A stretch of 49,775 bases of DNA from a virus (Duplodnaviria; Caudoviricetes): positions 1 to 49,775 of the IMG/VR virus record IMGVR_UViG_3300048630_000721; one strand, given 5' to 3'. A program made the position numbers and the translations under genes. Shown here piece by piece: positions 27,723-36,096 of this stretch (position 1 is its first letter; the number at the start of each line of letters is the position of its first letter). The notes beneath the pieces were generated by a model. It saw only the letters and a program-made list of their open reading frames with translations. It did not search any database and was not told where the DNA came from.

Positions 27723-27969
27723 CCCCATCCCTCGCCAGCACCAACACTTCGACGCCGTCCGGCGCCTTGAACGCCACGCTCGCCCTATACCCCTTCCTCG
27801 CGTTCGACAGCGTCAGCCGCGTCACCCCGACGAGCAGCTGGTTAGCCCGGTGGAGCTGCGGTTGCCCCGCGAACTCGATCCACCCCGATCCGATGGCCAG
27901 CACCACGAGCTTCTCATCCCCGACGATCACCTCGTCGCCCTCGTACAACGTCTGCTTCAATATGTTCAC
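27715..27969 (-). CDS. CsrA/RsmA-like small beta protein (tentative)
   Basis: GTG with AAGGAGG SD; GDEVIVGDEKLVVLAI and RASVAFKAPDGVEV echo CsrA GE.I.IGD...VL and VRIGI.AP..V.V. Confidence 0.45.
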   Translation of the reverse strand: MNILKQTLYEGDEVIVGDEKLVVLAIGSGWIEFAGQPQLHRANQLLVGVTRLTLSNARKGYRASVAFKAPDGVEVLVLARDGDE

Positions 27970-28032
27970 CTGTACCTCCTTGCACGTCATCGCCGCGAGC
28001 GACGCCCTCCAGTGACCGCCTCGCATCCTTGC

Positions 28033-28431
28033 TCACTCCTTGTTCGCCCCGGTCACCGCTGCGTACTGCCGCTCGTGCTCGGCAAGCAGCCGAGAGGCAT
28101 CACCCATCGCCCTACCGACAGCAGCAAAACCAGCAACGAGGCTTTGCATCGCGGGGATCACCGTCCTGGCAACCTCTCGCTCAAACGTCTGCATCGAGCG
28201 ATTGAACTGCTCGAAAGCAGCGCTGGCATCCTCGAAGGAAAGCCCCGCGCTCCGAATAAGCTCCGAAGCAAACTCCAGCGACCGAACCTCTGGTTCCTTC
28301 CACTTCTTCGCCCTGGCGTAGACCAACGCATCGTCGAGACGCTCGGGCGTCCAGTCCGCCAGGATGGCGTCGACCTCGCTCCAGGCCCGGCGCTCGAGCG
28401 CGCTGCGAAGTTCTCCGAACTGATCATTCAT
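28033..28431 (-). CDS. Hypothetical protein, GELRS..W N-terminal module family
   Basis: MNDQFGELRSALERRAWSEVDAILADW...YAR...W. Confidence 0.75.
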   Translation of the reverse strand: MNDQFGELRSALERRAWSEVDAILADWTPERLDDALVYARAKKWKEPEVRSLEFASELIRSAGLSFEDASAAFEQFNRSMQTFEREVARTVIPAMQSLVAGFAAVGRAMGDASRLLAEHERQYAAVTGANKE

Positions 28432-28819
28432 CCGCACCTGCCCTCGCCTCTTCTTCGAGCCTTTCAAGGTCAGCCTTCCGACGCTCGATGCTCAACTTGA
28501 GCGAATCCAACAACAGCCCTTCGATGTTGGTCTTGAACTCGTCCGCGAGCACTTCGCGAGCGCCAGCCGCCACCCCGAGCACATAAGCGACCTGGAGCAC
28601 GCGATCCCAAAGATCGCGCCCTTGCTCCTCCCGGTCGTATCGGAGCTGCTCGGCGGACAGGTGCGCCGAGATCGAGAGGCTGCCAGGGCGCCCCACCTCT
28701 GGACCCTCATAGGTCGGCACTTCGTCTGGCTCTGGCGCTTCTCCGACCACCTCCACCAACCATTGCTTGAGAGGTGCGAGTCTGCGTTCGCCGTTCCACG
28801 TAGGGTCATACTCGCTCAT
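28424..28819 (-). CDS. Hypothetical protein
   Basis: GGAGGGG SD; coupled to neighbours. Confidence 0.7.
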   Translation of the reverse strand: MSEYDPTWNGERRLAPLKQWLVEVVGEAPEPDEVPTYEGPEVGRPGSLSISAHLSAEQLRYDREEQGRDLWDRVLQVAYVLGVAAGAREVLADEFKTNIEGLLLDSLKLSIERRKADLERLEEEARAGADE

Positions 28820-29846
28820 ACCTACCCCTCCATGGTTGTCCCTCCCCACAAAGCATCACGACATCGCCACAAACCACGCAGCGAAACCACGCCGCCGGGA
28901 ACACCATATGCCCGGAGGGAAGCAGGTCGCTCTTGATGTGGATTCGCTCGATCCTCGCCTCTCGCCGTTGAATGGAAAGCGACCCCGCTGGATCAACAGG
29001 AGCCCTTGGCATGGCCCAGTGCATCATGCTTCCGGGCCGATCTTCATGTTGCTGACAAGCGGGATTTGATAGCGGGTAGAGCATACGCCCTGACCTGACA
29101 ACGCCGATGAAATGCGCGTTCTCATGCCCTGGCTGATCGTGGCCACCCAGGATGAAGTTTGCGATCTCTTCGATGCTCGGACCTGTTCCGATCTCTGGCC
29201 CTTCTTCTGAGCCCAAGCCGAAGCCCCTCATGACGTTGGCCATCAGGTCCGCAGCCTCTCCGATGTCCGGCAAGGGATCTGCCGCTGCGACAAGCGCCTG
29301 CCCCGCAACAAGCCCTCTCGAACCAAAGAGCTTGGCGAGCTGCTCGGCCGATGGCCCGGTGCGACGGATGGACGACAGGACGAGACGAAACGGGCGAAAC
29401 TGGCCCCCCAGAATGAGATGAACGCGGTGCCCGAGGATCGACGCCATCCAGTCCTCGCGCTCCTCGAAGCTCTGCGTGGAAAACGTAGGGTAGATACGCC
29501 AGAGGATGTTTCGCAGCGCCATCGCGTTCTGGACGACATCGAGTTGCCCGTGCTCCTCGAGCGCTCGCATCGCCCACACGAGCTCGTCGCGCTCTTGCTC
29601 GATGACGTGAAACGTTGGCCACGCCAGCATCCAGCCCCGCTCGACATCCTCCCAAGTGTTGCAGTCCCAGCCCGCCATAAACTCCCAGTTGCGAGGCCCT
29701 TCATCCGGCGCCATCCATCCGCAGTCACGAGCGTACTTCTCCCCCTCCTCGAAGTAGTCTTCTGGCCAGTCAGCGAGCAACTGGTCGATCTCTTTCCAGT
29801 CTCGCCGCGCTGCTGCACTTCGCATGTCGCCGTAGGCGAGGCTCAT
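28806..29846 (-). CDS. Hypothetical protein, GELRS..W N-terminal module family, C-terminal Cys motifs
   Basis: MSLAYGDMRSAAARRDWKEIDQLLADW...YAR...W; 346 aa; ATGA coupling. Confidence 0.75.
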   Translation of the reverse strand: MSLAYGDMRSAAARRDWKEIDQLLADWPEDYFEEGEKYARDCGWMAPDEGPRNWEFMAGWDCNTWEDVERGWMLAWPTFHVIEQERDELVWAMRALEEHGQLDVVQNAMALRNILWRIYPTFSTQSFEEREDWMASILGHRVHLILGGQFRPFRLVLSSIRRTGPSAEQLAKLFGSRGLVAGQALVAAADPLPDIGEAADLMANVMRGFGLGSEEGPEIGTGPSIEEIANFILGGHDQPGHENAHFIGVVRSGRMLYPLSNPACQQHEDRPGSMMHWAMPRAPVDPAGSLSIQRREARIERIHIKSDLLPSGHMVFPAAWFRCVVCGDVVMLCGEGQPWRGRYERV

Positions 29847-30172
29847 GATTCACTCCACCACGTCGCGTAACGCGAAACATCCACGCCCCTGGCCGCCAGG
29901 AATTGCGCGAGCTCCAGGTCGCCCCACATGTTCGTGTTGTGCTCGAAGAGCGCCTTCAGGGCAGACTCGAGCACCTCCAGGCGATCGTCCTCTGGCGGCG
30001 CTTCTTTCTTTGGCTCTGGCGAAGCGCGCAACGTCTCGAGGAACAACGTGACCGCCCGGCGTACCACCTCGGAGTAACTCGCAGCGCCAGACAACAACTT
30101 CGCCTCGTCCAACGACTCCCTGAAAGCCTTCGAGACACGAAGGTTGATGCGTTCCGTCCTCTTGCCATCCAT
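29843..30172 (-). CDS. Ribbon-helix-helix (CopG-like) DNA-binding protein
   Basis: RTERINLRVS..RESLDE...SYSEVVRRAV; C-terminal LAARGV-x7-WW. Confidence 0.75.
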   Translation of the reverse strand: MDGKRTERINLRVSKAFRESLDEAKLLSGAASYSEVVRRAVTLFLETLRASPEPKKEAPPEDDRLEVLESALKALFEHNTNMWGDLELAQFLAARGVDVSRYATWWSES

Positions 30173-30256
30173 CTCCCTCTCCTGTGCTTCGCGCCCGCCC
30201 TCGTGGGTCTCCCTGGCTCCTGCTTCCATGCTGGCGCCGGGCGCGTGTGTTTCCTT

Positions 30257-30487
30257 TCAAGCCTTGCTTTTTGGCGGTGACAGTTGCGCCCGCACCGCGC
30301 AATCCTTCGCCTCGAGCAGCTTGCGCAAGCACACGGTCAACTCAGGGCTCTCGGGCGTGTCCTCGACGAGCTGATGCGCGAGTTCGCCAAAGGGCTTGCT
30401 GACTTTCTGCAAATGCTCGGGCAGATGCTCCCACACAAAAAATGACAGGAGCTGCTCGATCCCTGGGTGTCTCTTCTTCTCGCTCAC
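30257..30487 (-). CDS. Small helical-hairpin phage protein, Acb2/Tad1-hairpin-like (tentative)
   Basis: FF..EHLPEHLQKVSKPFGELA...PELTVCLRKLLEAKDCAVRA; GTG with GGAGG SD. The ORF is solid, the function tentative. Confidence 0.6.
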   Translation of the reverse strand: MSEKKRHPGIEQLLSFFVWEHLPEHLQKVSKPFGELAHQLVEDTPESPELTVCLRKLLEAKDCAVRAQLSPPKSKA

Positions 30488-30650
30488 GTTGTCTTCCTCC
30501 AGAGCCACTCGGCCCTCATGATTGCTCGCGCTGCTGATTTGAACGCGAGGTATGCAAACCAAAACCAGATCACAGCGCCCCCTCAGTTCCCCACAAACGC
30601 CAATACGGCGATCGCGAACAGCACCACGATGTGCAAAACGATCTCGACTT

Positions 30651-30857
30651 CTACTGGCATCTCTTCCTCTCCCTACCCCTCGAGTTGCAGCAGATGCAGT
30701 CGGGGTCACGCACCTGCCTCAGATCAAAACCTTCGCCCTCGACGGTGCACGAGCACCAACGCGAGTTCCTGACATCGCCGGGCAGGTAGCGTTGGATCGA
30801 CTCGCGAACCTGCTCCATCGCGCTCTCGCGCCTCTCTTCGCTGTAGCGCCGGTTCAT
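30651..30857 (-). CDS. Small Cys-rich hypothetical protein
   Basis: WCSC...DCICCNSRG; ATGA coupling. Confidence 0.5.
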   Translation of the reverse strand: MNRRYSEERRESAMEQVRESIQRYLPGDVRNSRWCSCTVEGEGFDLRQVRDPDCICCNSRGRERKRCQ

Positions 30858-31075
30858 CGGTAATCCCCCGAGAGCAGCGTGACTGCTCGCCATCGCTCCG
30901 ATTCACCAGGGATTCGCTTGGCCTGACCGGTACGCTCCAACATCTCCAGCGCCGCCCGTAAATCCCGCTCCATCTCTCCCTCTTCGAGCTCTGGCGTCAG
31001 CGCCTTAAACGTGTGCTGGCCCTTGAGCAATCGCCTGAAAACGCGCTCCGCCAACTCCATTTGCGACCAAACCAT
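30854..31075 (-). CDS. Small winged-helix-like protein
   Basis: TFKAL...DLRAALEMLERTGQAKR...RW pattern; GAGGAG SD. Confidence 0.55.
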   Translation of the reverse strand: MVWSQMELAERVFRRLLKGQHTFKALTPELEEGEMERDLRAALEMLERTGQAKRIPGESERWRAVTLLSGDYR

Positions 31076-31178
31076 CGTCCTCTCCTCTTCCTGCGTACCG
31101 TCTTGCCTCCTGGCCAGGTGTGCTCGTCGTGAGTCTTTGCCTCGTGTGTCAGCGAGGCCGGGTCGTCGAGATGTCTTT

Positions 31179-31580
31179 TCACCGAAGCAACGCGACGGCG
31201 AGCGCCACGATCCACGCGGTGATCAAATGGATGGAGTTGTCGACGATGATCACGGACCATGGCGACATGTGCTCCTTGAAGCCGCGCTGGCCGACCGCAT
31301 CCATCCACCTCGCGGCGAGCCGATAGCGATCCATGAACCAATGCGTTACCGCGATGACCACCCAGGCCCACGCTGGCCACATCTCGGCACCCGTGGCGAA
31401 GTTCGCGATCTCCACCGCAGCGAACGACGCCAACGTGTAGAGCGTGACGTGGAGCAGGCATGGCAGCGGCGAGTGGGTAAGCTCGTTGTTCGCGTCATAG
31501 ACCTTCCGGGTCGCCATCCAGTCGTTTTGCAGCAGGTAGTCGCCCGCCAGGTGGCCCACCAAAATCGAAAACCCTGTCAT
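31179..31580 (-). CDS. DUF3307-like membrane protein
   Basis: GHLAGDYLLQNDWMA.RK, LLHV..Y, THWFMD, VDNSIH motifs. Confidence 0.8.
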   Translation of the reverse strand: MTGFSILVGHLAGDYLLQNDWMATRKVYDANNELTHSPLPCLLHVTLYTLASFAAVEIANFATGAEMWPAWAWVVIAVTHWFMDRYRLAARWMDAVGQRGFKEHMSPWSVIIVDNSIHLITAWIVALAVALLR

Positions 31581-31793
31581 CGCTTGCTCTCCATGTTCAT
31601 CTTCACCCACATGGCAACGACCGCCACTGCCCACAGCGCGAGCGCAATCCAGCCAATCATCAGCCCTTCCCCTTCGCCGCCGCGCTCGCCCACGACAGCA
31701 CGAAGCACATCAACACCACCTCGCGGGCGTTCCTCGCGATCGGGCGCGGCCTCGGCCTGTCCTCGGGTCGTCTCGTGTGTCGTCTTCGTCTGG

Positions 31794-32402
31794 TCATGCG
31801 TTGCCCTCCACCCACAAGCCCTTGTCCCAGGCAGCACACCACGAGGCATAAAGCCCCTCGATGTTCTCGCGACCTGGAGGGTTGGCGCTGTGGCTGTTCC
31901 ATTCGATGTCATGCGGGTTGACCTCGAGGCCAATGCAGTGATCGACGAACCACCTCGCCGCGTCGTGCCCCGTCGGCTGCCCCTCATCGAGGTCATGATC
32001 GAAGCTGACCACCACGGGGATGCCGCGCTCGAGCACCACGGCTTGAAACTCCGCCATCGTCCTCACGACAACCCAGCCGCGCTCCGTCGAAGGGTCGCGC
32101 TTGTCGTCGAGGTAGATCGCGAGTTGAGGATCGCTCGGCACCGGCTCGAAGCTGTACTTCGCCAGCACCTCGCCGATCGTCCTAAACCCGTCCTCGTGTC
32201 GCTCCTCGTCACCAGCGCTCGCCGTGACGTGCCACGCATATTCGTTGACATCCGGCGACCCGACAGGATGCGCCGCCAGGTCGAGCGTCCAAGGCCCGAC
32301 GATAAAGCGCGCCTCGAGCGCCTGCCGATCGAGCATCACCCAGTCCCGCGAGGGGATCTGGCGGACGAGCTGCGCTTGCATTCCGACCCAATCAGTCGCC
32401 AT
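31794..32402 (-). CDS. Protein with C-terminal cyclic-phosphate-processing receiver (cREC) domain
   Basis: IYLDDKR.P, W..VR, VSFDHDL, TG.D.A.W, HSANPPG motifs. Confidence 0.8.
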   Translation of the reverse strand: MATDWVGMQAQLVRQIPSRDWVMLDRQALEARFIVGPWTLDLAAHPVGSPDVNEYAWHVTASAGDEERHEDGFRTIGEVLAKYSFEPVPSDPQLAIYLDDKRDPSTERGWVVVRTMAEFQAVVLERGIPVVVSFDHDLDEGQPTGHDAARWFVDHCIGLEVNPHDIEWNSHSANPPGRENIEGLYASWCAAWDKGLWVEGNA

Positions 32403-32916
32403 TGTTCTTCCTCCAGATCTCTTGTGATTCGCGGGCCATCTCTTCCAGGCGCGCTTCGGCCACCGGGCATTCGCACATTCTGTTGAACGGACGCCAGCCG
32501 ACGAAATCGACGATGGTGCCCTTATCCCAGCACGCGAAGCAGTCCGGAACGCCGCCATTTGCGGTGCATTGAATGCACGCCCAGGCGAGCGCCCTCATGC
32601 CGATCAGCGTGCTCCCTGGATAGGTGAAGTCATCCAGCCAGGTCGGCTCGACCTCTCCGCGCACTGCTCGCCCGACGCTCGAAGGAGACACGCCGACGAT
32701 CTTGGCGAGCTGCTTCTGGCTAATGCTGCTCCACACGAGCATATCCTGGAGCATCTCGGCGGTGCTCTGGTCCTCGGGGACGCACCCCCCGCCATCACAC
32801 CGAACGCAGATCATCCACCTGGGGCCGTAGTGGCCCTCGGGCCAGGTGAGGTAACCGCCGTTGCCGTTGCAGCGGTAGCAGTGCGCCTCTTCTTGTCGTT
32901 GAAACAGGCTCACCAC
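32392..32916 (-). CDS. Zn-finger / XRE-type HTH / Zn-finger protein
   Basis: CYRCNGNG, CVRCDGGG, ISQKQLAKIVGVSPSSVGR, then CIQC, CFAC, CEC. Confidence 0.7.
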   Translation of the reverse strand: MVSLFQRQEEAHCYRCNGNGGYLTWPEGHYGPRWMICVRCDGGGCVPEDQSTAEMLQDMLVWSSISQKQLAKIVGVSPSSVGRAVRGEVEPTWLDDFTYPGSTLIGMRALAWACIQCTANGGVPDCFACWDKGTIVDFVGWRPFNRMCECPVAEARLEEMARESQEIWRKNNGD

Positions 32917-34016
32917 AGCCCCTCCTCTGCCCCGTCCATCCGGTAGCACCTGGTCATGTGAGCCAACGCGAGCGTTCCGGCGCGATGCGCCTCGACCCCG
33001 CCACACATCGTGAAGATGCGCTGGGTCAAGCGCTCGTCGTAGAGCCCACCAGCGCGGAGCTCGGGCAGCGAAAGGTTAGAGGTGAAGAGTGTCGGCAAGT
33101 GGTTGTCATAGCGGTGATCGATGATGCTCGACATCATCTCGTAGGCGAACGGCTTCGGCACCGCGACGCCGAGGTCATCGATGATGAGCAACGGCGCGTG
33201 TTGAAAGCGCTCGAGGCCCTCGCCGTATGGCTTGAGTGATTGAATCAGCCTCGCCTCTTTCTCGAAGAGAATCGGCGGGAACGGGCGCAGCTCTCCCCGA
33301 AAACGATCGGGGGCGTCCGGGCCATACTGAGAGACTCGCTCGGTGAGCAGCACGCGGATCAGCTCGGCGGCCTGCTGCGTCTTGCCGGTCCCAGGCTTGC
33401 CGTAGAGGTAGGCCGCCCACGAGGGATGCTCGGGATCGAGCAAGCGCTGGACCGCGTCGATCATCGGATACGACTCTGGCCAGTGCTCCTTGCCGATCAT
33501 CTCGAAGGCCTGGCGATCCCACTCCTCTCGAACACGCTCCTTCCACTCCACCCAGGCCGAATACTTCGCCTTGCGCTGGCAGGGGGCGCACTCATGCCAG
33601 AAGATCTTCCCGGCCATCCGCTCGCCCTCGCGCTGCTTGCCGCAGACCTTCCCGCCAGCGGTTTCGTTGGGGCACGCGCCGACGTACTTGTATGCCTCGA
33701 TAAAGTCCGTCACCTCCGGGAAACCGAGGAAGCGATCGGCGCGAGTGAGCAGCCCGGGCGTGACGTGGAGGTTTCCGCGATCGTCCTCTTCGCACTCGTC
33801 GGGCCAGGCCGCCTTCGCCGCCGCCTCCATGTCGAGCGTCTTGGCGAAGTGCCACGCGAAGTCAGCGCGCTTCTTGTTGCCGATGCGCGTCAGCATCGCG
33901 CCGAGCTTCTCGTTACCGACATCGCCAGGGAGTTTCTCGAGCAGGATCGACTGGAAACCGTCGGTGGCTTTCTGCTGCTGGAGTTGACGCTTCTCCGTCT
34001 TGGTGAACTCGCTCAT
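32910..34016 (-). CDS. DnaC/IstB-like AAA+ helicase loader
   Basis: LYGKPGTGKT, LLIIDDLG, IIDHRY..LPTLFTSN, ERL..RI; upstream Cys pairs. Confidence 0.9.
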   Translation of the reverse strand: MSEFTKTEKRQLQQQKATDGFQSILLEKLPGDVGNEKLGAMLTRIGNKKRADFAWHFAKTLDMEAAAKAAWPDECEEDDRGNLHVTPGLLTRADRFLGFPEVTDFIEAYKYVGACPNETAGGKVCGKQREGERMAGKIFWHECAPCQRKAKYSAWVEWKERVREEWDRQAFEMIGKEHWPESYPMIDAVQRLLDPEHPSWAAYLYGKPGTGKTQQAAELIRVLLTERVSQYGPDAPDRFRGELRPFPPILFEKEARLIQSLKPYGEGLERFQHAPLLIIDDLGVAVPKPFAYEMMSSIIDHRYDNHLPTLFTSNLSLPELRAGGLYDERLTQRIFTMCGGVEAHRAGTLALAHMTRCYRMDGAEEGLW

Positions 34017-35098
34017 ACCCAACCCTCCTCGATAATCGCCGCCCTTGCCTCCTCACGAGTCAGCCCTTCAGGGAGCGCGCCATCCTTGACCGCAGACTTC
34101 CAGACCTTGTCGATGAGCTCCTCGCGACGCTTCGCCGCGAGCTCCTCATGTGTCGTCACCTGATTCGAGGCGTTGCGGGTGCCCTCCTCGATCATCCGGT
34201 CGAACCTCGCCGCCGCTTCGGGGTCTTCGGGGAGCGCGTTGGAGGGCTTGCGAGATGGGTTGAGGTTGTTTGGTAGCCCGAGAGATTCGCGCGTGGCCTT
34301 GGCGTCCTGCCAGCGCTTGAGGTCGTTCGTCAGCGCGTTCTCGACCACGGACTGTGGGAGCTTCTTGGCCTTGATCTTGGCGATGGTCTCGACGACGAAG
34401 TCGCGCTCGTTCTGCTCGCTCATGCTCGCTGCTCGGATGCGCTGACACGCCAGGTCGAGCGTCAAGATGCTCGCGGGTCGGTAGCCTGCCTTACTGAGCG
34501 AGGACTGGATGTGACTCACGAGAGAGTCTTCGACGACCTCGTCAACAGAAGCAGCAGCAGCTTCGTCCTCGCGTGCCTGCTCGCGCTCTGCGACTACTTC
34601 TGCAAGGACTTCCGTAGGAAGTTCTTGCTCTGGGGAAGCCTGCCCGCACGTAGCACCGATCGTGCCAACGTCTTCTGTGCCGTTGTCGTTCCGGTGTGGT
34701 TCCGCCGTCGTGCCGCCGTCGTGCCGTTGTCGTGCCGCCGTCGTTCCGGGTGATAAAACAGTTAAATTGATACACCATCTGTATCCGGTACGACTGGACT
34801 CGACGGTGATGCCAGGGACTTGCTCGACGATCTTTCGCCACTTGCGGATCGCCCTGGTGGACGAGCTCATGATCTCGGCGAGCGCCTCGCTGGTGATCTC
34901 GAGCGTCACCACGTCGCCCACGGGCTTGCCGTGCCAGACGACCTGGTGGACGAGCCGACGCTCGTTGCCAAAGAGGATGCCGCCAGCGGCGAGCAGCTCG
35001 TCGATCTTCGCCCGGTCGTAGTGCTCGGGCATCTCGGGCCTCGTGCTGTCTGGTGTCTCGACGAGCACCAGCTTGGTTGGATCGAAGTGTCTGGTCAT
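34013..35098 (-). CDS. Putative replication initiator
   Basis: N-terminal HTH-like (TSEALAEIMSSSTRAIRKW), internal iteron array, upstream of the DnaC-like gene. Confidence 0.7.
   Translation of the reverse strand: MTRHFDPTKLVLVETPDSTRPEMPEHYDRAKIDELLAAGGILFGNERRLVHQVVWHGKPVGDVVTLEITSEALAEIMSSSTRAIRKWRKIVEQVPGITVESSRTGYRWCINLTVLSPGTTAARQRHDGGTTAEPHRNDNGTEDVGTIGATCGQASPEQELPTEVLAEVVAEREQAREDEAAAASVDEVVEDSLVSHIQSSLSKAGYRPASILTLDLACQRIRAASMSEQNERDFVVETIAKIKAKKLPQSVVENALTNDLKRWQDAKATRESLGLPNNLNPSRKPSNALPEDPEAAARFDRMIEEGTRNASNQVTTHEELAAKRREELIDKVWKSAVKDGALPEGLTREEARAAIIEEGWV
34679..34772. repeat. Six tandem 11-bp iterons plus AT-rich tract (candidate origin)
   Basis: gccgttgtcgt/tccggtgtggt/tccgccgtcgt/gccgccgtcgt/gccgttgtcgt/gccgccgtcgt (34679-34744), then tgataaaacagttaaattgata. 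Confidence 0.8.
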
Positions 35099-35217
35099 GC
35101 CGCCACCTCCCCTCGATCGATCGAGAGAGGATCGGGATGGGCTTGACCCCTCCAGATACCAACGGGCAAAGTGTCGATACCACTCGAACGCTTTGAACGC
35201 TGGACCTGGAGGGAACT

Positions 35218-36096
35218 TTGGAACCTGGAAATTCGCCTGCTCGAGCTGCCCTTTTGGGCGTGCTCGTCTTCTTTTGCGTCGGCCTGGCTGTCGTCGTCGG
35301 CGTCATCATTTACAGCAAGGAGACCGCGCCGCCCGAGCCAACTCCTGCCGTGGACGAGGAATACCTCGCCAGGAAGAAGGCCGAAGCCGAGGAGCGCGCT
35401 GCGTCCGAGGCTGGCGCTGAAGAGGCCAAGAAAAAATGGAGAGAGGAGAATGAGCGCGCCGAGCAGTTCGCCGAGCGCGCCACCAAAATCACCAAGGGGA
35501 TGAAGCTCGAGGAGATCGAAACACTCATGGGTGGCGAGGCCCTCGGGAGCTGCAAGGACAAGGACGGACACCGAGCGTACCTCTGGGACACCGGCCCGGC
35601 TCACACCCCGATCCTCGTTGCCTTGAAGGGAGGTCGCTTCTCCTACGGAAAGTTGACGACGGTACGAAACCCCGAACTTCGAGCACTGATGATGCCGCTT
35701 GCCGAAGGCGGTAAATGCAAGCCGCCCGACTACGACAGCGCCGCAGTCAAAGCGATGCAGGCCAAGGCGGGAATCCTCCATCTGCCCCCAGGCCCAAACG
35801 AGCACGTCGATGGAATGGGGCCTGGAACCCTCGCCAGGAAGGCCGCCCTCATAAAGCCTGGATGGCCGCTTGCGAAGGTTGAGCAACTCCTCGGCGAGCC
35901 TTACGGCAAGTGCATGACCAAGAAGGAGCGCAACTGGCGCTACATTTGGGAGAACGGCATCAACATCCCCGTCAAAATCGAGTTCGAGGACGACAAGGTT
36001 GTCCGCGTCGACCCCTCGATGTGGGTCGAGAAGCCCGACTACAAGGACATGCACCTGCTCTTTGATGCGAACGGAACATGCGGTCAGAACGACTAA
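35218..36096 (+). CDS. Membrane-anchored protein with two BamE/SmpA(BLIP)-like repeats; moron
   Basis: TTG after GGAGGG; N-terminal TM; ITKGMKLEEIETLMG and IKPGWPLAKVEQLLGEP repeats, each followed by C..Y.W. Confidence 0.75.
   Translation: MEPGNSPARAALLGVLVFFCVGLAVVVGVIIYSKETAPPEPTPAVDEEYLARKKAEAEERAASEAGAEEAKKKWREENERAEQFAERATKITKGMKLEEIETLMGGEALGSCKDKDGHRAYLWDTGPAHTPILVALKGGRFSYGKLTTVRNPELRALMMPLAEGGKCKPPDYDSAAVKAMQAKAGILHLPPGPNEHVDGMGPGTLARKAALIKPGWPLAKVEQLLGEPYGKCMTKKERNWRYIWENGINIPVKIEFEDDKVVRVDPSMWVEKPDYKDMHLLFDANGTCGQND

Noticed and set aside
34679-34744. Tandem repeats as a CRISPR array
   Set aside because: 11-bp contiguous units with no spacers, inside a CDS, and no cas genes; better explained as iterons.
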